Shown one piece after another: positions 50,534 to 59,897 of a DNA stretch of 60,242 bases. A program made the position numbers and the translations under genes. Below the pieces are notes generated by a model, which ran no database searches, was not told where the DNA came from, and was given only the letters and a program-made list of their open reading frames with translations. Position 1 is the first letter of the stretch; each line of letters starts with the position of its first letter. The DNA lies in NCBI GenBank assembly GCA_964383715.1, contig CAYLHU010000001.1, forward strand, positions 17,733 to 77,974, given 5' to 3'. The DNA is from an uncultured Candidatus Saccharibacteria bacterium (lineage in GTDB: Bacteria; Patescibacteriota; Minisyncoccia; Minisyncoccales; CG1-02-41-26).

Positions 50534-51193
50534 ACGAGCGATTATATACGAAAGCTTTGCTTTCGTATATAATCGCGAGTTAAGATGAAAGTAATCTTTC
50601 ATCGCCCACAAACTTATAATTATGAAAACTTTTTTTCATAATTATAAGTTTGTCAAGATGAGGGTAATCCCTCATCGCTATCGAGTGGTTAATTATGAAA
50701 GAGTTTCTTTCATAATTATAGGTTTATGAAGATGAGGGTAATCCCTCATCGCTAACGCTCGAACAGGCAAGAGCAATGAATGCTTCGCATTCATCTTTAC
50801 TCAGCCCTTCGGGCTTCGTTCAAGATGAGGGTAATCCTTCATCGACCGAGACTTCGCTTCGCGAAGTCGAAGGTGGAAAAGAGAACGGAGTTCTCTTTGA
50901 CTATAATCGAGTTTACGAAGCATTCAATGAAAACTTTCTTTCATAATTATAAGTTTGTCAAGATGAGGGCGGAGCCCTCATCGCTAACGCTCGAACAGGC
51001 AAGAGCGATGAATGCTTCGCATTCATCTTTACTCAGCCCTTCGGGCTTCGTTCAAGATGAGAGTAATCTCTCATCGGCCGAGACTTCGCTTCGCGAAGTC
51101 GAAGGTGGAAAAGAGAACGGAGTTCTCTTTGACTATAATCGAGTTTACGAAGCACTCAATGAAAACTTTGTTTTCATATCTAATCGTGAGTCA
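50534..51193. repeat. Largest hairpin-element array, containing a 232-bp tandem duplication
   Basis: At least 12 distinct hairpins. gctaacgctcgaacagg starts at 50751 and again at 50983. Eight GATGA...TCATC-type stems. Confidence 0.9.
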
Positions 51194-51916
51194 TTATAAA
51201 ATTATTTTACTATGCTTGTCTCTCCATTCCTTAATTTTTTTATGGTCGCCTGATAATAAAACTTTTGGCACTTGCCACTTCTTCTTTTTAAGAGAGTTTA
51301 TAAAAACTTCAGGTCGGGTATATTGAGGATATTCTATAAACCCTTTATCTTTACTTATTCTCTCTTTTAACAATTCCGGTTTACCAATAACTCCCGGCAA
51401 TAATCTAACCACGGTTTCAATTAACACCAAGGAAGCCAACTCTCCTCCCATCAAAACATAATCCCCTATTGAGACCTCTTCGTCAGTAATATACTTAGCC
51501 ACCCTTTCATCAATCCCTTCATAACGGCCGGAAATCAAAATTAATTTGTCATATTGGGAAAACTTCGTAGCCATTTTTTGATTGAATTTCTTCCCCCGTG
51601 GCGTAAATAGAATTATTTTTGATTTTTTGTTCTTAATGGTTCGGCTTTGCTCACCATCAACCCTGAGCGAAGTCGAAGGATTATTTTTTAGTTTTAAAGA
51701 TTGAATACATCGATAAATGGGTTCAATTTTGATAACCATTCCCCTACCTCCGCCGAAGGGCTTGTCATCCACTGTTTTTCTTTTATCCTTAGAAAAATCC
51801 CTCAAATCGTGAATCTTGATTTTAACAATTTTCTTATCCCTAGCTTTTTTAAGAAGCGATTGATTCAAATAAAAATCAAAAATCTTTGGGAAAATTGTAA
51901 TAATATCAATGTCCAT
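51194..51916 (-). CDS. trmD: tRNA (guanine37-N1)-methyltransferase TrmD
   Basis: DIITIFPKIF, GGGRGMV and SGRYEGIDERV. The start at MDIDII (51916) is preferred. Confidence 0.88.
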   Translation of the reverse strand: MDIDIITIFPKIFDFYLNQSLLKKARDKKIVKIKIHDLRDFSKDKRKTVDDKPFGGGRGMVIKIEPIYRCIQSLKLKNNPSTSLRVDGEQSRTIKNKKSKIILFTPRGKKFNQKMATKFSQYDKLILISGRYEGIDERVAKYITDEEVSIGDYVLMGGELASLVLIETVVRLLPGVIGKPELLKERISKDKGFIEYPQYTRPEVFINSLKKKKWQVPKVLLSGDHKKIKEWRDKHSKIIL

Positions 51917-51981
51917 ATAAAAAAGTGGCGCCACTATATAATTATAGTAGCACCACTTTTAAAAAATACAACTATAGAAGC

Positions 51982-52338
51982 TTAGATATCGAGGTCATCT
52001 AAATCCTCTTTCTTGCTTTCTGGACTTGGACTTATGTCCGAACTTCTTTCTGATCGAACTGGTCGGGCTCTGCCACCAGCAGGCTCTTCAATCTTAAGAT
52101 TAACTCGAGCGTGGTTTTTTAACCCAACAATTCTAATCAAATTCCTAATTGCTTTGGCTGTACCTCCGGCCTTACCAATAATTTGACCCATATCTTCAGG
52201 GTGTACTTTTAAACTAAGTAAAACCCCCATTTCGTCAACTTTTCTTTCGACACTCACATCTTCCGGATGGTCAACTAATGACTTTATTAGGAACTCAAGA
52301 AATTCTTTATCAGAATCTTTTGCCATAGTATCTATCAA
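51982..52338 (-). CDS. KH-domain RNA-binding protein (YlqC-like) with a C-terminal extension
   Basis: LVDHPEDVSV ... DMGQIIGKAGGTAKAIRNL. Lies between rpsP and trmD as in many bacteria. Confidence 0.8.
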   Translation of the reverse strand: MIDTMAKDSDKEFLEFLIKSLVDHPEDVSVERKVDEMGVLLSLKVHPEDMGQIIGKAGGTAKAIRNLIRIVGLKNHARVNLKIEEPAGGRARPVRSERSSDISPSPESKKEDLDDLDI

Positions 52339-52416
52339 TTTAGCACATCTTTTCAGTAGCTCGACCTTTTTTCAAGCAGCTACCCAATGTATAAGTGTAT
52401 ATTACTCCCAATAATC

Positions 52417-52971
52417 TTATTTGTCAATATTTTTTTCTTTTTTCGGTTTTTCGGGTTTTTGGGACTTATCTCCCTCTTCTTTGCCCACAGGTTTATCCAT
52501 TGGCTTGTCTATTGGCTTATTCACCGGTTTACTCACCTCCGCTTCCAAAGGAGCTTTGGCGGGGGAAGAAACTGAATCCTTAGTAGCTCCCCCTTTTTCT
52601 ATAGAAGCTTCAACGGGCAAAGGAGTAGAGATTTTTTCCTCTTTATTTTTTGATTTAATCGCTTCTTGTCCCGAGACATCTTTCCCCTCTTCGCTCTTCT
52701 TCTTAGATTTTTTATGGACATCTATTTTTTTACCCTTAATAATCCCCTCTTTGACTAATAAATTATGAACCGTATCCGATGTTTGGGCACCGACTGAAAG
52801 CCAATACTTGATTCTTTCGGATTTTAAAACCTTTTCCTTCGTTAAAGGATTGTAAGAACCTAATATTTCCAAAAATCTTCCTCCTTGAGGAGAATTTTTC
52901 TTTTCGGTGATCACTATTCGAAAAAAGGTTTGATTCCTTTTTCCTGTTTTGAAAAATCGTATTGTTAACAT
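52417..52971 (-). CDS. rpsP: 30S ribosomal protein S16 with a long low-complexity C-terminal tail
   Basis: MLTIRFFKTGKRNQTFFRIVI ... GSYNPL core. About 100 extra residues include KPVNKPIDKPMDKPVGK repeats. Confidence 0.88.
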   Translation of the reverse strand: MLTIRFFKTGKRNQTFFRIVITEKKNSPQGGRFLEILGSYNPLTKEKVLKSERIKYWLSVGAQTSDTVHNLLVKEGIIKGKKIDVHKKSKKKSEEGKDVSGQEAIKSKNKEEKISTPLPVEASIEKGGATKDSVSSPAKAPLEAEVSKPVNKPIDKPMDKPVGKEEGDKSQKPEKPKKEKNIDK

Positions 52972-53097
52972 ATTAATAAAATGTCTAATTGACCTAATTT
53001 CTAATTAATTTAATCAAGCCCTAAGCTCCAATAACTAATTTAATCTTTTGGGATTTGGGCATTGGGATTTATTTAGAATAATTAGAGCAATTAGTAA

Positions 53098-53838
53098 TTA
53101 GAAATTCTTTAGGGCGTTTTCGGCGGCGTTTTCTTCGGACTCCTGCTTTGAAGAACCCTCTCCTTCGGCAATCAACTTGTCTCCTAAAAAGACCCCAGAA
53201 ACAAAACATTTTATATGGTCGGGACCGAATTCCTTCAAGACCTTGTATGTTGGGGTAATCTTCATTTTCTCTTGAGATAATTCTTGAAAAGTAGATTTAG
53301 AATCGCGCCAAATTTCTTCTTCCAAAATTTTGGACAAAGAAGGGAGCAAATTATTCTCAATGAATTTTTTTGCCACCTTGTACCCCTGATCCAAATATAG
53401 TGCCCCTAAAAATGCTTCGAATGTATCGGCTAAAATATACTGTCGGGCTTTTCCGCCATCATTTGACTCACCTTTACTTAAAAGAATAAATTCGCCAAAA
53501 TTAAGATTACTAGCGAGATCCGCTAAGCTTTGCGACTTAACCAGAGCGGCTCTCCAACTAGTTAAATCCCCTTCCTGGTTGCTATAATTGTTAAAAAGAT
53601 AATCGGTAACAATCAGTTCCAAGACGGCATCACCTAAAAATTCCAATCTTTCGTTATTTTTCAAATTCAACTTTGGGTTTTCATTCAGATAAGAACGATG
53701 AGTAAATGCCCGAACAAGCAAGTCCTTATTTTTAAAGACAACGCCTAATTTTTTTTCAAGTTTCTTAAAATCTTTTTTCCCCCTATTGGGGAATTTTTGA
53801 TTTTCAACAAGTTTGGAAATTTTCTCTTTCTGCAACAT
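53098..53838 (-). CDS. rnc: Ribonuclease III
   Basis: FTHRSY, the NERLEFLGDAVLEL signature and a C-terminal dsRBD. Confidence 0.9.
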   Translation of the reverse strand: MLQKEKISKLVENQKFPNRGKKDFKKLEKKLGVVFKNKDLLVRAFTHRSYLNENPKLNLKNNERLEFLGDAVLELIVTDYLFNNYSNQEGDLTSWRAALVKSQSLADLASNLNFGEFILLSKGESNDGGKARQYILADTFEAFLGALYLDQGYKVAKKFIENNLLPSLSKILEEEIWRDSKSTFQELSQEKMKITPTYKVLKEFGPDHIKCFVSGVFLGDKLIAEGEGSSKQESEENAAENALKNF

Positions 53839-53882
53839 AATATTTTAATTCTTTGAACTCTATAATTTTATACGGACTTATT

Positions 53883-54302
53883 TTATTTTTCTAATTCTTT
53901 ATAAACAGTCCCTAGTACTCCATTTATGAATTTCCCCGAGGCCTCTCCCCCAAAATTTTTCGCTAATTCAATGGATTCGTTAATGGCCACCTTTGAAGGA
54001 ACTTCTTTTTTTTCTTCATATAATAATTCGAAAAGGCCTATTCTTAAAACATTTCTGTCTATAATACTTAACTGGTCAATGGGTCTTTCCGGGGCTGATT
54101 GTTTGATAACGCGGTCAATCTTGCTTATATTTTTAACTATTCCTTCTATTAGTTTCTTTGTAAAATCCGCTTCGTCAAAACCTCCTCCGAATTTTTTTAT
54201 ATTTCTTTCTAAGACATTATTTAAATCGGATTTTCTTTCATAAAAATCCCACTCAAATAAGGTTTGTAAAACTATTGAACGAGCTAAATGTCTTGATGCC
54301 AT
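53883..54302 (-). CDS. nusB: Transcription antitermination factor NusB
   Basis: [17 protein letters not shown] ... [12 protein letters not shown] ... [10 protein letters not shown]. Confidence 0.88.
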   Translation of the reverse strand: MASRHLARSIVLQTLFEWDFYERKSDLNNVLERNIKKFGGGFDEADFTKKLIEGIVKNISKIDRVIKQSAPERPIDQLSIIDRNVLRIGLFELLYEEKKEVPSKVAINESIELAKNFGGEASGKFINGVLGTVYKELEK

Positions 54303-54323
54303 GTTAGAAGATGTTTCCGCCTA

Positions 54324-54403
54324 ACCCAGCACTTATTTCTATAAAAGTATTACAAATGTTTTAACTTTATAAATTTGTTTTTCTGTACAAATAAGTGCTG
54401 GGT
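54324..54403. repeat. TIR-bounded element, copy B
   Basis: Same 15-nt termini as 32092-32197, with the additional outer pairing ccgcc/ggcgg. Confidence 0.8.
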
Positions 54404-54414
54404 TTGGCGGATTA

Positions 54415-54462
54415 CAGATTCTTACACCCGCCTAAGTTTTCCTTTGGAAAATTTTGGCGGGT
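54415..54462. repeat. Conserved 48-nt element, copy 2
   Basis: See 42579-42626. Confidence 0.75.
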
Positions 54463-54518
54463 TCAAATTTTATTCCTAAATTCTCCGCGTACTTTACACT
54501 TGAGAATTTAGATAAAAT

Positions 54519-54824
54519 CTAAAATTTCTTTTTTGATAATTCTTCTAATGTTAAGGGTTTTTCTTTCTTTGTTTCTTCCTCTCCTTTTTCTTTCTGCCAA
54601 GCGGCAGTTTCTTTCTCCCTTCTCTTCTTTTCCTTCTTTTCTAATTTCGCCAAAACATTTAAAACCTCTACTCCTTTATAAAAACCGCAGTTTTTACAAA
54701 CTGTATGAGGGAGTTTCATTTTTCCGCAATGGGGGCAGGAAACCAAAGTCGTCTCTTTTAAAAAAATATGCGACCTTTTTTGGTCTCTGGCTGATTTAGT
54801 TGTGTGCTTTTTAGGAACGGCCAT
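54519..54824 (-). CDS. rpmF: 50S ribosomal protein L32 with a Lys/Glu-rich C-terminal tail
   Basis: MAVPKKHTTKSARDQKRSH ... CPHCGK...CKNCG zinc ribbon. About 40 extra C-terminal residues. Confidence 0.88.
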   Translation of the reverse strand: MAVPKKHTTKSARDQKRSHIFLKETTLVSCPHCGKMKLPHTVCKNCGFYKGVEVLNVLAKLEKKEKKRREKETAAWQKEKGEEETKKEKPLTLEELSKKKF

Positions 54825-55038
54825 AATAAGAAATGCAAAGTGTAAAAATTAAAATGTAAAATGACTAATAAAATCCCAAACTTCAAGGTCTAATTTTCAA
54901 TTACCGAGCTTTCACGCAGTGAAAACTAACCTCCCCTACGCTTCGTGTTTTACGCTTTATGCTACACGCTTTACGTTACACGTTACATGTTACATGTTAC
55001 ATGTTACACACTTTCAACCTTATCATAAAAAAGATTTT

Positions 55039-55641
55039 TTACAAGAGATGCTTCACGGGGCTGAATGTTTTTCGGTGAATAGAACAAGGCCCATACTTTT
55101 TCAACATTTTCAAATGTAGTTCTGTCCCATAGCCCTTATTTTTATCAAAACCATATTGAAAATATTTTTTATGGTAACCAACCATTATTTTATCCCTAAC
55201 CACCTTTGCCACAATAGATGATATTTTTATTAAAAAAATTTTTTCATCTCCCTTAATAATCGCTCTTTGCCGAATTGTTGAATTAATATTAAAATTGCCG
55301 TCAATAAGCAAACAATCCGCCTTCTTTTTAATTTTCTTTTCCAAAGACATAACTGCCTTTTCCATTGCTAATTTTGTCGCCTGAAGAATATTAATCTTGT
55401 CAATTATTTTTTCCGAAACTCTCCCTATCCCCCATTGCGCTTGAGAAGATTTTTTTAAAAAATAATAAACCTTCTCTCTTTTTTCAGGACTCATTTTCTT
55501 TGAGTCCCTGATACCCCTTAATTGATTAGAAATAGATTTTCCTTCAACTATGATGGCACAAGCGACTACCGGCCCTGAAAGGGCTCCTCTCCCCACTTCG
55601 TCCAAACCAAAAAATATTTCTTTTCTTCTTTTGTTTGGCAT
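55039..55641 (-). CDS. rnhB: Ribonuclease HII
   Basis: GLDEVGRGALSGPVVA, DSKK and the GY/GT C-terminal motifs. Confidence 0.88.
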   Translation of the reverse strand: MPNKRRKEIFFGLDEVGRGALSGPVVACAIIVEGKSISNQLRGIRDSKKMSPEKREKVYYFLKKSSQAQWGIGRVSEKIIDKINILQATKLAMEKAVMSLEKKIKKKADCLLIDGNFNINSTIRQRAIIKGDEKIFLIKISSIVAKVVRDKIMVGYHKKYFQYGFDKNKGYGTELHLKMLKKYGPCSIHRKTFSPVKHLL

Positions 55642-55697
55642 ATACTTTAAAAAGAATTATAATACATATAATCGTTTCTTTATCTTATACTATACTA

Positions 55698-56369
55698 ATG
55701 GAAAATAAAAACATTTTAACCCAATTGGATATTGAAGATGAAATCAGGGTCGCCTCCTTAGAGGAAAGACCGGCAAATTTCAGAAGCAAGGTCTTATCTT
55801 CTTTTTCTCTCCCAAAAAAAACGATAGAGAAAGGGTTGAACCTTGAAGCGGCTATTGTTTTAGGTCCTGTCTATCTTGAAGAGACCATAATTAAAGGAGA
55901 CCTAAATTTGAATGAAGCCATAATCAAAGGTTCTTTTTATTTTGGTGGCGGGGTTCTTAATGGGGACTTGGAAATGGAGGAAACAAAGGTGGGAGGAGTA
56001 GTCAATTTAGTCGGGTCTAAAATTGAGGGACGATTAAACCTAAAAGGCGGAACAATATCCGGTTTCTTGAGTTTAGCTAAATCCGAAATTAAAAAAGATG
56101 TTAATTTCTACGAAACAAAAATCAACGATACCTACCATGCTGGACTGATTGTGAAAGGAGACATTTATCTTAGAGGGGCGGTTCTTTTTGGCGACCTTAA
56201 TTTAGGAGGCGGATTTATAGAGGGGAATTTGGACCTTTTTAATGCTTTTATTAGGGGAAATGTGAACCTGAAATCAACTAAGATTAAGGGCAACTTAATT
56301 CTAAAAACATCTCGGATTAAAGGAACTTTGACATTGGGAGGAGTAGAGTATAAGGAAATAATCAAATAA
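55698..56369 (+). CDS. Beta-helix repeat protein (pentapeptide/bactofilin-like; hypothetical)
   Basis: About 10-residue periodicity (xIxGxLxLxx) over about 180 aa. The start at MENKNIL is preferred. Confidence 0.45.
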   Translation: MENKNILTQLDIEDEIRVASLEERPANFRSKVLSSFSLPKKTIEKGLNLEAAIVLGPVYLEETIIKGDLNLNEAIIKGSFYFGGGVLNGDLEMEETKVGGVVNLVGSKIEGRLNLKGGTISGFLSLAKSEIKKDVNFYETKINDTYHAGLIVKGDIYLRGAVLFGDLNLGGGFIEGNLDLFNAFIRGNVNLKSTKIKGNLILKTSRIKGTLTLGGVEYKEIIK

Positions 56370-56527
56370 TAAAATTTCTAATTATTCTAATTACCCTAAT
56401 GTCTAATCAAATTCTAAATCCTAAATCCTAAACCCATTTATAATTTATAATTTATTATTTAGAATTTGTTTGTGATTTGTGATTTGTGATTTGAAATTTT
56501 CTTATCTTAAACTTCTATTTACACTTT
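56370..56527. repeat. Low-complexity imperfect inverted repeat (ctaat/cctaaa words facing tttag/gatttg words)
   Basis: aaatcctaaatcctaaaccc ... tttagaatttgtttgtgatttgtgatttg. A similar block lies at 59696-59897. Confidence 0.7.
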
Positions 56528-59500
56528 ATGGTTAAGTTTACTCACTTACATGTTCATTCTCACTACAGTTTATTAGATGGTTTACCAAAAATTGACGACC
56601 TTTTGGATTATGTGGAAGAATTGGGCATGGACTCAATAGCCCTAACTGACCACGGAGTCCTTTATGGGGCGGTTGAGTTTTATAAGAAGGCAAAGAAAAG
56701 AGGAATAAAGCCAATAATTGGAGCCGAAATGTATTTGGCAAGAGAGAAAATGACTCAAAAAAGGCCAAATATTGACGATAAAAGATACCATTTGGTCCTT
56801 TTAGTAAAAAACGAAGATGGTTATAAAAACTTAGTTAAACTGGTTACTCAATCTCATCTTGATGGATTTTATTACAAACCAAGAATAGACGAGGACTTAT
56901 TGGCAAAATATAGTTCCGGGCTAATCGGTCTTTCCGCTTGTGTCCAAGGGAAAATCCCTCGTTTAATTCTCAATAACAATATAGAGGAAGCGGAGAAAAC
57001 CGCTTTAAGGTATCAAGAAATATTTGGTCCCGGTAATTTTTATTTAGAAATTGAAAATCACCCTAATGTTTCGGGGCAAGAAAAAGTCAACAAGGAATTA
57101 GTCAATATTTCTAAAAAATTGAATATTCCTTTAGTGGCGGCTAACGATGTTCATTATCTAAGACCGGAAGATGCCGAAGCCCAAGATGTTTTAATGTTAA
57201 TTAACACCGGAGCCGAAAGAAACGACCCTAAACGGCTAACAATGAAAAATGATGATTTCTCTCTTAGGAGTCCTCAAGATATGATTGAGACCTTTAAGGA
57301 CATTCCCGAGGCCATTGAAAATACTCAAAAAATCGTTGACCTTTGCGACTTCAATTTTATATTGAATGAAATAAAACTCCCCTCTTTCGAAACCCCGAAT
57401 GGAAAACCGGATAACGAATACTTAAAGGAACTTTGCTACGAGGGGTTAAAACTTAAAAAGGACCAAATTAAAGATAAGAGCGAGGCAGTTAAAAGATTAG
57501 AATATGAGCTTTCGGTGATTAGTAAAACCGGCTTTGCCTCTTACTTTCTTATTGTCCAGGACTTTGTTAACTGGGCCAAAAAAAATAGAATCGTCGTCGT
57601 GGGCAGAGGAAGCGCCGGGGGGTCGATTGTTTCTTATCTCCTTAACATCACTGAAATAAACCCTTTGAAGTACGATTTACTTTTTGAAAGATTCTTAAAC
57701 CCGGAAAGAATATCTATGCCCGATATTGACCTTGATATCACCGATAGAAGAAGAGATGAAGTGATAAATTATATTTCCGAGAAATACGGCCGAAATAAGG
57801 TTGCCCAAATTATTACATTTGGGACAATGGCTTCAAGGGCGGTTATTAGAGATGCCGGCCGAGCTATGGGTTTAAGTTATAATTTCTGCGACAAAATAGC
57901 TAAGACCATTCCTTTTGGATTCAACCTAAAAGAAACATTAGAAAGGGTTTCCGAATTTCGCCAATTTTATGAAACCGACCAACAAGCCAAGGAGTTGATT
58001 GACTTCTCTAAGAAATTGGAGGGATGCGCCAGACACGCTTCAACCCACGCTTGCGGAGTGGTAATCTCATCCGAGCCCTTAGACGACATTATCCCTATCC
58101 AACACCCCACTCAAAATAATAATACCACCATCACTCAATATGAAATGCATTCCATTGAGGATTTAGGGCTTTTAAAAATGGATTTATTGGGATTGAAAAA
58201 CTTAACTATTATTGAAGACACTCTCACTCGAATTTATGTAGTTCAAGGTAAAAAAGTAGAAATGGCAAAAATTCCTTTTGACGATAAAAAGGTATATAAG
58301 TTGTTTCAAGATGCCTGTACTACTGGAGTTTTCCAGTTAGAGTCATCGGGAATGAAGAGATATTTAAGAGAGCTTAAACCAACTCAATTTGAAGATATAG
58401 TGGCAATGGTTGCCTTATATCGTCCGGGACCAATGCAATTTATCCCCGATTATATTGACAGGAAAAACCGAAGAAAAAATATAGAATACCTTCATCCAAA
58501 ACTAAAACCAATATTAGAAGAAACACATGGTATTTGTATCTTCCAGGAACAATTAATGCAAATCGCCCGCGACTTAGCCGGCTTTTCTCTTTCCGAAGCA
58601 GATGTTTTGAGAAAGGCGGTGGGGAAAAAAATAAAAAGTTTATTAGTTGCCCAAAAGGAAAAGTTCATTAACGGAATGATAAAAAACGAGATAGACAAAA
58701 GAACCGCCCAAAAAATCTGGGAGTGGATTTTGCCTTTTGCCAGTTATGGTTTTAATAAGAGCCATAGCGTTACCTACGCAACTATTGCTTATCAGACCGC
58801 TTATCTTAAAACCTATTTTCCGGTTGAGTTTATGGCTGCCCTTTTAACTTCTGAAAAATCGGAAATTGAAAGAATTGCTTTTTTAATAGATGAGTGTAAG
58901 AATATGGATATTGAGGTTCTCCCTCCCGATATAAATGAAAGTTTCCGAAACTTTTCTGTTGTTCCCGGTAAAGAGAAAATAAGATTTGGATTGTTCGCTA
59001 TAAAAAATGTTGGTTCAAATGTTTCCGAAGCAATCATTAAAGAGAGAAAAAACGGAAAATTCAAGACATTCAGCGATTTCATTTCCAGAATTGATTCAAA
59101 GGACTTGAATAAGAGGTCTTTAGAAAGTTTGGCAAAGACCGGCGCTTTTGACGAGTTTGAGGAAAGAAATAAGATTCTCCAAAATCTTGAAGAAATACTC
59201 ACTTTTAATAGGGATATTAGAACCTTCAATCATTCGGAGCAAAGAAGTTTATTTGGAGAAAAAAAATCCTCTTCTAATTATTCAATCAAATTGAAGGAAG
59301 TTGCTTTGGCTCCAATGGAACAAAAGCTTATATGGGAAAAAGAACTTTTAGGTCTTTTTATCTCTGCTCATCCTTTAGAAAGCTTTAGAAAAATTTTAGA
59401 AAGAAAAACTCTCCCCTTGAAGGAAATAGAAGAAAGGGTCTCCAATCAGAGAGTGAGGGTCGGAGGGATAATATCTTCTGTTAAAAAGATACTTACTAAA

Positions 59501-59695
59501 AAAGGCCTACCAATGATGTTTGTTAAATTAGAGGATTTAACTGACAAAGCGGAAGTGATTGTTTTTCCGTCAATACTTGAAAGAACTTCTGATCTTTGGG
59601 AAGAAAATAAAATAGTTTTTATCCAGGGTCATATTGATAATTATCAGGGCTCTTCTAAAATAATAGCTGAAAATATAGAAGAAATAGTAGAGTAA
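56528..59695 (+). CDS. dnaE: DNA polymerase III alpha subunit
   Basis: PHP domain HLHVHSHYSLLDG, MPDIDLD, the palm/fingers motifs and a C-terminal OB fold. Confidence 0.93.
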   Translation: MVKFTHLHVHSHYSLLDGLPKIDDLLDYVEELGMDSIALTDHGVLYGAVEFYKKAKKRGIKPIIGAEMYLAREKMTQKRPNIDDKRYHLVLLVKNEDGYKNLVKLVTQSHLDGFYYKPRIDEDLLAKYSSGLIGLSACVQGKIPRLILNNNIEEAEKTALRYQEIFGPGNFYLEIENHPNVSGQEKVNKELVNISKKLNIPLVAANDVHYLRPEDAEAQDVLMLINTGAERNDPKRLTMKNDDFSLRSPQDMIETFKDIPEAIENTQKIVDLCDFNFILNEIKLPSFETPNGKPDNEYLKELCYEGLKLKKDQIKDKSEAVKRLEYELSVISKTGFASYFLIVQDFVNWAKKNRIVVVGRGSAGGSIVSYLLNITEINPLKYDLLFERFLNPERISMPDIDLDITDRRRDEVINYISEKYGRNKVAQIITFGTMASRAVIRDAGRAMGLSYNFCDKIAKTIPFGFNLKETLERVSEFRQFYETDQQAKELIDFSKKLEGCARHASTHACGVVISSEPLDDIIPIQHPTQNNNTTITQYEMHSIEDLGLLKMDLLGLKNLTIIEDTLTRIYVVQGKKVEMAKIPFDDKKVYKLFQDACTTGVFQLESSGMKRYLRELKPTQFEDIVAMVALYRPGPMQFIPDYIDRKNRRKNIEYLHPKLKPILEETHGICIFQEQLMQIARDLAGFSLSEADVLRKAVGKKIKSLLVAQKEKFINGMIKNEIDKRTAQKIWEWILPFASYGFNKSHSVTYATIAYQTAYLKTYFPVEFMAALLTSEKSEIERIAFLIDECKNMDIEVLPPDINESFRNFSVVPGKEKIRFGLFAIKNVGSNVSEAIIKERKNGKFKTFSDFISRIDSKDLNKRSLESLAKTGAFDEFEERNKILQNLEEILTFNRDIRTFNHSEQRSLFGEKKSSSNYSIKLKEVALAPMEQKLIWEKELLGLFISAHPLESFRKILERKTLPLKEIEERVSNQRVRVGGIISSVKKILTKKGLPMMFVKLEDLTDKAEVIVFPSILERTSDLWEENKIVFIQGHIDNYQGSSKIIAENIEEIVE

Positions 59696-59897
59696 AATGT
59701 CTAATTTCTAATTTCTAATTCCTAATGAAATCCCAATGACCAAATTCCAAACCCCAATCAAACCCTAAACCCTAATTTCTAAATCCTAAACAAATCATAA
59801 GTCCCAAATTCTAAATCCTAAACCCGTTTATAATTTATTATTTATTATTTAGGATTTGTTTATTATTTGTGATTTGTTATTTGTTATTTAAATTTTT

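Noticed and set aside
50534-51193. Possible CRISPR array in the hairpin arrays
   Set aside because: Spacing is irregular, several hairpin types are intermixed in both orientations, and there is no constant repeat length.
50780-51326. Two ORFs that both start MLRIHLYSALRASFKMRV
   Set aside because: They are the two copies of the 232-bp tandem duplication translated. The same peptide prefix also appears as a spurious N-terminal extension of rsmH, because it is encoded by the gatgaatgc...gcattcatc hairpin.
52387-52768. Plus-strand ORFs antisense to rpsP
   Set aside because: They are shadows of the low-complexity tail repeats of S16 on the opposite strand.
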